A stretch of DNA of 64,000 nt, taken from Lobosporangium transversale. Its lineage: Eukaryota. Below are positions 12,117 to 24,500 of this stretch, piece after piece; within the stretch, counting starts at the first letter, position 1, and each line of letters begins with the position of its first letter. The notes under the pieces are model-generated. The model had not been told where the DNA came from. It saw nothing but the letters and a program-made list of their open reading frames with translations, and made no database searches. The position numbers and the translations under genes were made by a program. The stretch lies in NCBI RefSeq assembly GCF_002105155.1, contig NW_019028982.1:992001-1056000 (forward strand), written 5' to 3'.

Positions 12117-12434
12117 TCAATGACAGCAGGTCAAACATTAAGCGCATTGGATTAGGGCAATTGTACACCAACAATGCATTCCTCGAAGAGTCATAAAAGG
12201 CTATTTCCCGACCTGATCGATAGCCTTTGCAAGGCCAACTACATAAAATGCATCGAACAGAGCAAATGGCAGGTAAAGAGTGCTTAGCATACTTGAACAG
12301 TATACAAATGCAACATACACAAACACAAGTATAAACATGCACATGGATGGGCGTGAAAGCCTTACCTGCTACCGTAGGAGTGAACATAGCCAAGAAGGCA
12401 ACATGAAAAAGATAAAGATGCTTGAGAGCCTCAT
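12117..12434 (-). pseudogene. Pseudogenised paralogue of the secreted-peptide family with a different Cys pattern
   Basis: acatcATG start; exon 1 12434-12366 is 69 nt versus 73 nt in the intact genes (4-nt deletion in MRLSSIFIFF..VAFLAMFTPTVA); 127-nt phase-1 intron alignable to the intact intron; exon 2 VGLAKAIDQVGK*PFMTLRGMHCWCTIALIQCA*CLTCCH*. Confidence 0.75.
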
Positions 12435-12737
12435 GATGTGGAATGGATGGTAGAATTCTGAGAAGTCTTTATAAAAGAACAGAAAATAAAGGAATATACA
12501 ACCTGGAGATAAAAAGCGCCTTATACATATGTATTGATGCTTGCATCTCTGAGCTCTTTAGAGTGGAGGATTGCTTAACGGATCATCTCCCATGATTCAT
12601 CATCCATACTCTTACAGATTATCCCAGTTGTGCCGGAGACTAGAGATACCCATCAAATATAGGGCAGGAAGCTCTTGTTCTGATGAGAATACAATAAGGT
12701 TTTGGTATGCGCTGCCGGAAATAGTCGTGGTGACTAT

Positions 12738-14243
12738 CGCCTTATCCCTGAATTTGAAAATAAGATTTTTGCGACCAAAAATGGTCGCAATTTGGAAAAA
12801 TTTAGGGTAGTTTTTTACATGTGTTTTGTACGCATAATAGAGACCTTGCGAAACATTTTTTGTTGTAGAAATAAAGGTTGCTCTTGTAGGCTGCAAAGAC
12901 ATTCTACAAAGGCAAAATGTAGAATTTTTACGTATAACATGGGTTTATACGTTAATTCATAAATTAGCCAACTTTTATTCTAACTTCGCTTCCAAATTGG
13001 AGAAATAGGCCATCAATGGCACCAATTCTCTTTTGTTCTACGTTTTTTGTCAAAAAATGTAGAATGTCTCTTCTACAAGCATAAATATTTTCAAAAAGTC
13101 ATTATAGCCAAAATTAGGTTTGATTTTTCGAATAAGGTTCCGAAACCCTACATTTGTGAGTTTCGCAAGGCCTCTAATATTATAGCTTATTTTTCTCAAT
13201 GCAATTCTGCTTTGCTTTCAAGCAAAGAGGAGCCCTACATGTAGCGCATATCCATTCTGATCGTGAGGTGGACTTCATGCCTTCCTTAATACCCATAACC
13301 CTGCAGTTTTTACATGCCATCCTACTCTTAACATCCTTCCTTCACTTTCTTTGGTTCTTATCGGGAAATGAAAGCCTGGTAGATGTCGACGAGGGCTTGG
13401 AAGAGAGTGCTTAGTAATATATGGGCCTTTTGATATCTTGAAAGTAGCCTCCAGAGACTCATTAGTTTCTACGTTTCTCTTTGAGTTCCTTTGCTCGATG
13501 ACAACTTGAGACTTAGCGATAAAAGTTGGTTTACAAGATTTAAACGAAATTGGCGATGTCCATCTTTTTTTTTTTTTTTTTTTTTTTTTGATCCTTTCCT
13601 AGTATACCATAGTATGTATGAATTGACGATACTTATATCTAATAGCCACAAGAAGAGTGGCATCCAAGAACGAATGGGCCTCATCTGCACACTAGTGTTG
13701 GCGAAGTCACCCGAAGTGATATATTGTGAAAGCAAAGTCGAGTTTCCATCGTGATTGCGGGTGATACTAACATCCATTTCCTCATCAAACAATGTGAGTT
13801 CACCTTCAAAGTATGAGGGCCAGAAACCTTTGAAGTCATCAAGTTGGGATTGATAGTCTTCATCATTAACATTGTATTGCAGATCCATCGTGTACTAGAT
13901 AGAAGTTGAAGGGAAATAGCATAAAAGCCTAGCGGTATGGAAGCGTAGAAAAGTAGGGCTTTTATTGTTATTCTCTCTCAGTATGTCACCAAATGCCTCT
14001 GAAAGACATGAAGGCATAGTTTCAATTGAAATAAAAATAGATTAACCATTCTCATTCTCAAATGAATGAAGGAAAAAATAAGCTCATGGTTTGGTCGTCG
14101 TATAAGAACGTGCATGCTGAATGAATCATCATAATGAAATGCATTTCTTAATGCGCTCCCGTAATACCAGAGATCAAGTTCTTTTAATTTAGCTTAAGAA
14201 TGGGGGGGTCGCAATTAGTAGAATGTTGTTTAACTGAGCACTT

Positions 14244-14278
<35 letters not shown>

Positions 14279-14318
14279 AAAAATTGCGACCATTTTTGGT
14301 CGCAATTAAGGATAAGGG
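12738..14318 (-). mobile_element. Internally deleted piggyBac-like DNA transposon
   Basis: Bipartite asymmetric ends: CCTTATCCCTGAATT + spacer + GCGACCAAAAATGGTCGCAATTT (left) and AAATTGCGACCATTTTTGGTCGCAATTAAGGATAAGGG (right); transposase remnant inside. No clean TTAA TSD. Confidence 0.75.
13180..13690 (-). pseudogene. piggyBac transposase C-terminal fragment
   Basis: RPIRSWMPLFLWLLDISIVNSYILW...QFRLNLVNQLL matches the piggyBac DDD C-terminal motif; downstream CKNC...WICATCRAPLC...QNC matches the piggyBac cysteine-rich C-terminal domain; broken by stops or frameshift. Confidence 0.8.
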
Positions 14319-14507
14319 ATACAAGGCTGGGTCTCCTTTGATTTTGGATCGGGGACACTTCGCGTTTTAGGTTATGGAGTTCAGCTACCGTGGATATTGT
14401 ACACGCCTCGATTCTGTGATATTCCACCTCAAGAGATCGAATGCGGAGTTGAATCGTCAAAAGCTACAGGCTGAGCCAATAGTTCTCTATTCGTTTCACT
14501 TGAGCCT

Positions 14508-14778
14508 TATGTTCACTCCTACGGTAGCAGGTAAGGCTTTCACGCCCATCCATGTGCATGTTTATACTTGTGTTTGTGTATGTTGCATTTGTATACTGTT
14601 CAAGTATGCTAAGCACTCTTTACCTGCCATTTGCTCTGTTCGATGCATTTTATGTAGTTGGCCTTGCAAAGGCTATCGATCAGGTCGGGAAATAGCCTTT
14701 TATGACTCTTCGAGGAATGCATTGTTGGTGTACAATTGCCCTAATCAATGCGCTTAATGTTTGACCTGCTGTCATTGA
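14508..14778 (+). pseudogene. 5'-truncated mirror copy of the 12117-12434 pseudogene
   Basis: Begins at the arm boundary within exon 1 (ATGTTCACTCCTACGGTAGCAG|GTAAGG); carries an extra 1-nt deletion at ~14746. Confidence 0.7.
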
Positions 14779-15769
14779 TATTAATGCCATTTGGATCCAG
14801 CATTGAGTCCTTCGTGGAAGCTGTAGAAAAAAACAAAAAAGTGGAGTAGGACTTGAAGTAGGGAAGTAGCATGCACAAAAGTACAATAAAGCAGCTCTAC
14901 AACAGAACAGACAGTTATAATATGATGTAGTGCATATCATTGCTACAACTGCACACCCATATTTGCAAGGGCATCGCTGCTCGCGCGTTCTCGCTAATGT
15001 GTTTCTATCCTTGAATCATTGTGTTGAATACATCCTAACGGTGCTTCAAGGGAACAAAGAGAACATCCTCTGTTGAAGCGTAGATGTAGCCCTACCCAAA
15101 CTCCAAGCTTGGTGGCGCTTGCCATTTCATTCTATTAAAGAGAAATAAGTAAAGTAAAGGCTTCGTCAAGCTTTGACTTCAGTTGTCTATACCATGCATA
15201 TCACAGACACTGCTCAGTGGCAAGAGCCTATTGTTTCCACTGCATTGTGTCCGCCTTCTTTGAAGGATGCATATAGGACACTAACAAGAGCAGATCAGGA
15301 CCTTCGATCTACTATGTTAGAAGCCGAACCAAATCACACTCTTAGTCAAGCTTTGTGGAGACCAAAACATCAAGAACAAGCTGCTTCATGCAGTAATGCA
15401 TTCTCAAATCTAACGCTGCTGCTTTCAGTCTCAATATGCTGTGCCTGTCAAATACTCCCTCACTTTCACTCTCACTTCTATCTACTGCAACGATGATTTT
15501 ACTAAGCTATTCGTCTAAAGGGTCATATAGGGTCTCTAAAAGGGTTGTAATATGCTATAGGCGAGCAGCTACTTTGCACTTTGGCGTTGGTTACGCCCAT
15601 TATTATGTACAGTACCTCTTATAAGAGGCTCAATGAATGTGTCATATTGCAAAGTTAAGCCAAAATATCTTTTTATTTATTTACACCTCTCACATCGTTT
15701 AGTATTGAACTTCCTAATGATGAGAAGAGTAGCTCATAATGCGTATTTTTGCTTTCAACATCTTTACTA

Positions 15770-16084
15770 TCACTTGCAGCCGAGCAAGCACAAGTTGAGT
15801 AAATTATTGCAGTAAGGTTTAGGGTGGTTCTGGAGACAGAGATTTAAGGATAAGAAGCATTTATCTCGACAGGGATTGGCATCTAGATCAGCCAATTAAA
15901 CAGATAGATGCAATATAACAAGATGAAGTGTTTAATATACTCGAGCAGTGCATAAATGCAGCACGCAAACACAAAAACAGACATGCACATAGATAATTGT
16001 AAGGATCTTACCAACTGAGTTGGGAGCGAACATAACCAAGGCGGCAACAGCCATGGAAAGGACAGCAGTGGTGGAGAACTTCAT
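15770..16084 (-). CDS. Small secreted cysteine-rich peptide precursor, copy 2 (61 aa)
   Basis: Same exon 1 as copy 1; mature NPCRDKCFLSLNLCLQNHPKPYCNNLLNLCLLGCK; mirror of copy 3. Confidence 0.88.
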
Positions 16085-16547
16085 GATGTTGGATAGGTAG
16101 TAGAGATCTGGTGAGCTGTTTTTGTTTGGAGTGTTGTATTGTGTGTGAAGAAAAGAAGAGAAAAAAGGTGAGAGAGGACCTGCTATTATATATAAAAAAA
16201 AAAAAACAGTTGCAGTAAGGATTTGAAAGGCTCTTTCAATGGAGATTAGATTCTAGAACACCTTACAATGGCCTTTTAACTATTTTTTAAGAAATGATTG
16301 AATAGGGACACGCAGGTAAGCTATACAAAAGTATATATTCCTGTCCCTTTTCTTTATTCGTGTGGGAAAAGTGAGTTTATAGTCGGATTGAGCTTTTAAG
16401 GTACGCGATCAGGGAATTAAATCGACGAGGCAATGCGTTTGTGAGAGACCTAATCAAAAAAGCCTTGTCCTCGTAGGAAAGTAACCGTAGAAGCATGAAG
16501 TGTATGCTGTCTTAACTCAGCTGAGTCTGGGACAATCCACTCACGAG

Positions 16548-19500
16548 TGTTGCATATTTCAATATGCAAAATAATAATGACCCGGCTAAAAACTAGGAAA
16601 AATATAAAAAAACACAGTAGGAAATTTCCAAGCAGTACAATAACTCTAACGCGTCACATAAAGACGCGATAAAACACTGACATGAGGGTTCCTGAATAAG
16701 CCCATGTCGCTTTATAGATAGATATGTAGTTACTTGGTACAAGTCCCTCTACCAGGAAATGAATAAATACCCCATGGATGTGGTGTATGGACCGACATCT
16801 TATTCTCACTTACTTTAGTTCCCCATAACTACTTATCTATCCAAATATTTTTCAGATATCTTGCCGTTTTCCTTCGGGCACGATGTCTCGTAGATTGTCA
16901 GAATCTTGAATAGCATGAATGTATGCTAACATTGGTTCATTATGCACATCTAATGCTTGTTGTCTTAAAGTCATGCGTGCTGGGAATAGACGTGATAAAG
17001 CGTCAGGTAAAACATTGAGCACCCCTGGTCGGTAATGCACCGTAAATGAATATCGTAGTATTACGTCCTGCCAGTTAGGCATCATAGCATTCATATCAGG
17101 TTGGGAGTGAATAAACATTAATGCACCATGATCCGTGTACAGGTCAAAGCAGTTGCTCCTATTCGAACTGAAATTTTGTCAATTGATATTTATTTTTTTA
17201 ATCTGAAACGTCATAAATGACAAAATTTCAGTTCGAATAGGAGCACTGCTTTGACCTGTACACGGATCATGGTGAAATTTGTTGAGTGCAAAAACGATGG
17301 CTAACAACTCTTTTTTCGTTGCGCTGTATTTTCGTTCGCTTTGATGGAGCGATCTGGCCATGAAAGAAATATAATTTATATTTTTTGGGTAAGACATGCC
17401 ACGGGGCAGTTGGTATAATACCGCACCAATTCCGACATCAGACGCATCAGTTGCCACATAGAATGGTAGACTAAAGTCGGGAAAGGATAAGACAGGTGCA
17501 TGAGTAAGCAGACGCTTTAAGGCATTGAAAGATTGTAATTGGTCGTCATTCAGTGTGGAAATATCTGTTCGACATCTCAGAGCATCCAAAGGTGCAGCAA
17601 CTTCACTAATGAGTGGTATATATTCGCGGAAAAAGTCGAATGTGCCTAAGTACGATTGAATTTGCTTGGCAGTAGTTGGAGGCTCCCAATCATCGATATT
17701 TGCGAATTTAGAGGGGTCAACGCTTTTACCATGCAGGCCTATTATGAAGCCGAGCAATGAGATTTGCGTACTGTGGAAATTACATTTACCACTGTTGATG
17801 ATTAACTTGGCATCGTTGAGGCGAGTAATCACAGTGCGTACATGTTCGGCGTGTTCTTCTCTGTTCTTTGAAAAAATAACAATATCATCAATGAAGTTGT
17901 AAACGAAAGGAAGATCACCAAGGATGCGAGACCTCGTTGAAATAGACTGGACAATGGTTTCAGGCCAAAAGGTGCCTTCTTAAACATATATTGTTTACCC
18001 TGGTGCATAAATGCTGTTAAGGGCTGATCTGCCTGATTAATAGGCATGCGATGATATGCTTGCGACAGATCAATGGTTGTGAAAATTGCATGCCCAGCAA
18101 GACGAATAATAATATCATTGATAAGGGGTAAAGGAAAACTATCATCTGGGAGGTGTTTATTCAGTGGTCGGGGATCAAGACAAACCCGCCATAATGTTTT
18201 ATTGCCATGTTCATCCTTCTTCGCAGTGAGCGTAAGGGTATTGCTATGGACATTGCCCACAGGGGCTAGCGTAATGACATCATCCTGCAGCCATTTATCG
18301 ATAGCTTCATTCAGGATGGACATTTGTCTTTCGGCAAAGGGACGTGAACGCCTATAGAGGACAGTACCCTCTGGGATAGGAAGAAATACTTTCATTTCAG
18401 GTACAGGGCATGGGCTTTGTTTAGGTATCCGAGCATGTGAAATCTTTTTCATAAAGACTTTTTTCTCAATAATAAATGTTTCGGTATGCTCTTCTTCCGG
18501 TACAGAGCCAGGAATGAGGGAAGGACGTTTGTCTTCCTCAGGTTCAGGTAGCTGATTAGCACCTTGCCCTGGATTATGGCAGCCTGAGAGTCCAAACCCA
18601 AGTTGATAAAATAGATCCATCCCTATGATAAAGGGGTATGATCGATTGATCACTTCTAACGTCGCAGACACGATCCGACTGCCGTATACGACTTCTATAT
18701 TTTCAACCACACCTATACGGGGAATAGTTAAGCTTTCATCAGCCAGAGTGGTAACACTTGAAACAGGGGAGATCTCTTTGTTGTGTTTAAGAATAATATC
18801 TTTTCGGACACATGTAACACTTGCGCCTGTATCAACCAAAGCTTCGTATTTTTCCCCTTCGAAAGTAACAAGAACTATGATCCTTTTGTCAGCTTTCTCT
18901 TGATTGAGATGGAGCTTGGCTAAGGTATGGGCATCATCGTTAGGGATAACATTCGAGGAAGATAAAGATGAAACTTTTATATGAGAAGGTGAGTGTATAA
19001 ATTCAGATTCAAGAGTAGCAGTAACACATTGATCATGCCATAATAATGTTTTAGGATTGATTGATTCCATAGAAATTCTAGGCTGGGTGCCAAAGATCAT
19101 CAATGGTGGTTTCAAGAGAGATGGATTCCGATATGTTTGAGCATGATCAGATAGATCTAGTAGATTTTTGGGATGTATTGAAGTCTTTGCGTTTTTACTA
19201 TCTTCTATTGAACGATCTTCAGTTAAGTTATCGATTAACCGAGGTAGACTTGTTGGAGCCTGTGTATTATCAGTAGAGTTTGACAGATTGTTATCAAAGA
19301 CTGTTTGCTTATTCAGTGACACGATATTATTTGATTTAGGACGATTCTTACCAGATCTACTGTTATGTCTGGTACATTCGGACGCCAGATGTCCGCGTGC
19401 ATTGCATTTTGCACATTGCTTGTGTCCATCCGTATTATGGGAGAAATTTTTGCCACAATGCTGGCAGTCATAGAGGGACTTTGATTTAGCCTCCTCATTG

Positions 19501-20694
19501 TGGGCTTTGCCCTTAGGATTATATCTTTCATCAGACGCTCGTGCGCGGCGCATTGGGCCTGTGTCACGGCGATGAGGTGCAGGATTATCACTGGGGACAA
19601 TCTCTTGTGGGATGTGGGGGCCAGTAAGGCCTCCCGGAATCTTTGTGAACTCGGAGATCGACTTGAAGGCGAGCACCGGTTCTTGTTTCAGGACTTGTAG
19701 CCTGGTGATCATAAGATCGAGCATGAAGGTTTTTACTGTGGCCGTCAGGAGGGAGGTGACCATCTCGCTATCGTCGCTGATACCGTATACCCGTACGTCT
19801 CGGTCCACCCGCATGGCAAATTGATGATAAGTCTCGCGTGTGCCTCTGCCAGTTTCAAGTAATTTCTTAAACTGTGACATACGTTCTTGTTCCGTAAGAG
19901 CGATCTTCAGGAAGGTCGCTTCACACTTCTCCCAGGTTTTCTGATCTTCAGGAAGTTTTTCCAGTTCCTGTTCGAGGTACTGGCGATGGTACTCGCTGAC
20001 CGTCAGGTAAAGCAAGTACCGACCACAGGACCGTTTGAACGACTCTCGACCTACGTACGTACAGACAACATGACGAACCTCATCTAAAAACTTGCGTGGA
20101 TCGGAGGTACTATGGAACCGAGGCATAGCATCTGTGACATTAAGGTGGACCTGCGGGATACTGATCGGTACCACGAGGATGGAATCATTCCTTGGTTTTT
20201 TGAGCTGGAGAGGAGTGGAAAGTGATTCCAGGTCTTGTAAAGATTCTAGGGAATCCTCAGCTCTTTTCTCGAGCACCTTAATTTCATTGACAACTACAGC
20301 TAGGGTTTCCTCAATGTTTCCTTCAGACTTGTTCGCACCATTCTGTGCCAGCAGACGCGTGAGGTACGCCTTTCGGGTGATGAGTTCATTCCTCTTCTGA
20401 TTGATATCCGTTAAGGATCTGGTCATCACACCTTCGATCAACCGAGACAGGCACAGATTCTTCGAGTGGAATATCCATATTCATATCCTCTCCGTGCAAG
20501 GAGTCTTGCGAGTGATCCATCCTCACGGGAGAAGCAGCGTAAGAGATGGACGTAGAGTCATTATCTTGGAGACGAGTGCTCTGCAAATTTGTAACCATTT
20601 CAGCGACTGCAACTTGCGGATCAAGGGAAGCATCATTGACAGAGGCAAGGACAGCACGCTCGGGGGTGTGAGGGGTAGTAGTAGGGTTCAGGTT
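16548..20694 (-). mobile_element. Mirror copy of the Ty3/gypsy element (3' LTR at 16548-16854, 5' end missing)
   Basis: Reverse complement of 21990-26136, with the same lesions and the same host flank beyond the LTR. Confidence 0.92.
17155..17244. mobile_element. Mirror copy of the 90-bp MITE-like insert in RNase H
   Basis: Reverse complement of 25440-25529. Confidence 0.65.
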
Positions 20695-20759
20695 GGAAGA
20701 TGAGAGAGAGATTTTTTGATAATGGATGGGATGTGTATGCAAATCTTCACGTAAAAAAA

Positions 20760-21067
20760 TGAAAAATATTTGGATAGATAAGTAGTAATGGGGAACTAAA
20801 GTAAGTGAGAATAAGATGTCGGTCCATACACCACATCCATGGGGTATTTATTCATTTCCTGGTAGAGGGACTTGTACCAAGTAACTACATATCTATCTAT
20901 AAAGCGACATGGGCTTATTCAGGAACCCTCATGTCAGTGTTTTATCGCGTCTTTATGCGACGCGTTAGAGTTATTGTACTACTTGGAAATTTCCCTACTG
21001 TGTTTTTTTGTATTTTTCCTAGTTTTTAGCCGGGTCATTATTATTTTGCATATTGAAATATGCAACA
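20760..21067 (+). repeat. 5' LTR (shared part; the true LTR may start further left)
   Basis: TG...CA, 308 bp, near identical to 25830-26136. Confidence 0.85.
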
Positions 21068-21174
21068 ACTTTCCCTTTATTGAGGAATGAGGCACACATT
21101 CCAGGCACCAAAGTAGGTTGAGACTGGACGCAAGGAATGATCGCGACTGCTCATTTTCTTTTGTGTAAACGCAT

Positions 21175-21207
<33 letters not shown>

Positions 21208-21590
21208 CAGGGACAAAATATTTTGCTCAAATAGCCTAGCATCATGTTTCTTTCTATTTTTTTTTTTTTTTAACTTTAGATTCTTACACATGTATGAATC
21301 AAGATCAATGATTGGTTCACATCAGTGACGCTTTTGGACAGGATTGTAATTCACAATGTTGATTGGTTTGAAAGATCAGCCAGGATCAGATCATGCGGAA
21401 AGAGATTTGTAATGTCAGGAACGAATCAGACTGAAGGAGAGTTGTAATGAGAAAAGCAATGAGTAGACTCAATTGAAGTTCATTATGCTTTTCATTCCTT
21501 CATTCCTAAAACATTGTTAACACTCAAACTCTTCTCAACACAAGACAGGCTTTCAAACCTCAATTTATCACACTTTTCATTACGTGAATT

Positions 21591-24500
21591 ATGTCTTTCT
21601 CCAACAATACTGCTTCTTCTTCCACCAGCAAAGTTGCTGGCAAAAAACGCGCTCGTGTGGAAATGGAAAATGCCAAGAGCGCAAGTCGTCAGACTTCACC
21701 TTCCCCCGACAGTCCACCCGCTGACCCAGTGTTCTCTTATGTTCCATGGGAGCGTCCTACCAGAGATGGGCGCACGATCAAGAAACTCTTTTTGGAGAGA
21801 GACATCTGTAATTTCAGGGCGCGGACAGAGAGTGCACTCTATCAGGATGGGGATGAAGTGCGACCTCGCAAATATCTCTACCTGGAGGGAGGACAAAAAC
21901 TTGACTTATACAGGAGACCTATAAGCCGTGACAATTTTGACGTATTCTGGGTACATGAGCCATCGTTGTTCAAGCAACTGAGACGTCGTAACCTGAACCC
22001 TACTACTACCCCTCACACCCCCGAGCGTGCTGTCCTTGCCTCTGTCAATGATGCTTCCCTTGATCCGCAAGTTGCAGTCGCTGAAATGGTTACAAATTTG
22101 CAGAGCACTCGTCTCCAAGATAATGACTCTACGTCCATCTCTTACGCTGCTTCTCCCGTGAGGATGGATCACTCGCAAGACTCCTTGCACGGAGAGGATA
22201 TGAATATGGATATTCCACTCGAAGAATCTGTGCCTGTCTCGGTTGATCGAAGGTGTGATGACCAGATCCTTAACGGATATCAATCAGAAGAGGAATGAAC
22301 TCATCACCCGAAAGGCGTACCTCACGCGTCTGCTGGCACAGAATGGTGCGAACAAGTCTGAAGGAAACATTGAGGAAACCCTAGCTGTAGTTGTCAATGA
22401 AATTAAGGTGCTCGAGAAAAGAGCTGAGGATTCCCTAGAATCTTTACAAGACCTGGAATCACTTTCCACTCCTCTCCAGCTCAAAAAACCAAGGAATGAT
22501 TCCATCCTCGTGGTACCGATCAGTATCCCGCAGGTCCACCTTAATGTCACAGATGCTATGCCTCGGTTCCATAGTACCTCCGATCCACGCAAGTTTTTAG
22601 ATGAGGTTCGTCATGTTGTCTGTACGTACGTAGGTCGAGAGTCGTTCAAACGGTCCTGTGGTCGGTACTTGCTTTACCTGACGGTCAGCGAGTACCATCG
22701 CCAGTACCTCGAACAGGAACTGGAAAAACTTCCTGAAGATCAGAAAACCTGGGAGAAGTGTGAAGCGACCTTCCTGAAGATCGCTCTTACGGAACAAGAA
22801 CGTATGTCACAGTTTAAGAAATTACTTGAAACTGGCAGAGGCACACGCGAGACTTATCATCAATTTGCCATGCGGGTGGACCGAGACGTACGGGTATACG
22901 GTATCAGCGACGATAGCGAGATGGTCACCTCCCTCCTGACGGCCACAGTAAAAACCTTCATGCTCGATCTTATGATCACCAGGCTACAAGTCCTGAAACA
23001 AGAACCGGTGCTCGCCTTCAAGTCGATCTCCGAGTTCACAAAGATTCCGGGAGGCCTTACTGGCCCCCACATCCCACAAGAGATTGTCCCCAGTGATAAT
23101 CCTGCACCTCATCGCCGTGACACAGGCCCAATGCGCCGCGCACGAGCGTCTGATGAAAGATATAATCCTAAGGGCAAAGCCCACAATGAGGAGGCTAAAT
23201 CAAAGTCCCTCTATGACTGCCAGCATTGTGGCAAAAATTTCTCCCATAATACGGATGGACACAAGCAATGTGCAAAATGCAATGCACGCGGACATCTGGC
23301 GTCCGAATGTACCAGACATAACAGTAGATCTGGTAAGAATCGTCCTAAATCAAATAATATCGTGTCACTGAATAAGCAAACAGTCTTTGATAACAATCTG
23401 TCAAACTCTACTGATAATACACAGGCTCCAACAAGTCTACCTCGGTTAATCGATAACTTAACTGAAGATCGTTCAATAGAAGATAGTAAAAACGCAAAGA
23501 CTTCAATACATCCCAAAAATCTACTAGATCTATCTGATCATGCTCAAACATATCGGAATCCATCTCTCTTGAAACCACCATTGATGATCTTTGGCACCCA
23601 GCCTAGAATTTCTATGGAATCAATCAATCCTAAAACATTATTATGGCATGATCAATGTGTTACTGCTACTCTTGAATCTGAATTTATACACTCACCTTCT
23701 CATATAAAAGTTTCATCTTTATCTTCCTCGAATGTTATCCCTAACGATGATGCCCATACCTTAGCCAAGCTCCATCTCAATCAAGAGAAAGCTGACAAAA
23801 GGATCATAGTTCTTGTTACTTTCGAAGGGGAAAAATACGAAGCTTTGGTTGATACAGGCGCAAGTGTTACATGTGTCCGAAAAGATATTATTCTTAAACA
23901 CAACAAAGAGATCTCCCCTGTTTCAAGTGTTACCACTCTGGCTGATGAAAGCTTAACTATTCCCCGTATAGGTGTGGTTGAAAATATAGAAGTCGTATAC
24001 GGCAGTCGGATCGTGTCTGCGACGTTAGAAGTGATCAATCGATCATACCCCTTTATCATAGGGATGGATCTATTTTATCAACTTGGGTTTGGACTCTCAG
24101 GCTGCCATAATCCAGGGCAAGGTGCTAATCAGCTACCTGAACCTGAGGAAGACAAACGTCCTTCCCTCATTCCTGGCTCTGTACCGGAAGAAGAGCATAC
24201 CGAAACATTTATTATTGAGAAAAAAGTCTTTATGAAAAAGATTTCACATGCTCGGATACCTAAACAAAGCCCATGCCCTGTACCTGAAATGAAAGTATTT
24301 CTTCCTATCCCAGAGGGTACTGTCCTCTATAGGCGTTCACGTCCCTTTGCCGAAAGACAAATGTCCATCCTGAATGAAGCTATCGATAAATGGCTGCAGG
24401 ATGATGTCATTACGCTAGCCCCTGTGGGCAATGTCCATAGCAATACCCTTACGCTCACTGCGAAGAAGGATGAACATGGCAATAAAACATTATGGCGGGT

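Larger units (their letters stand above)
10431..16467. repeat. Inner palindrome 1: arms 10431-12388 and 14508-16467, spacer 12389-14507
   Basis: Paired ORFs 11399-11722(-) and 15173-15496(+); inner junctions GTGAACATA / TATGTTCAC; outer ends visibly diverged, interior near identical. Confidence 0.95.

Noticed and set aside
20386..20742. Novel fusion ORF across the palindrome centre junction
   Set aside because: A chance upstream ATG fused to a gag fragment; no evidence of function.
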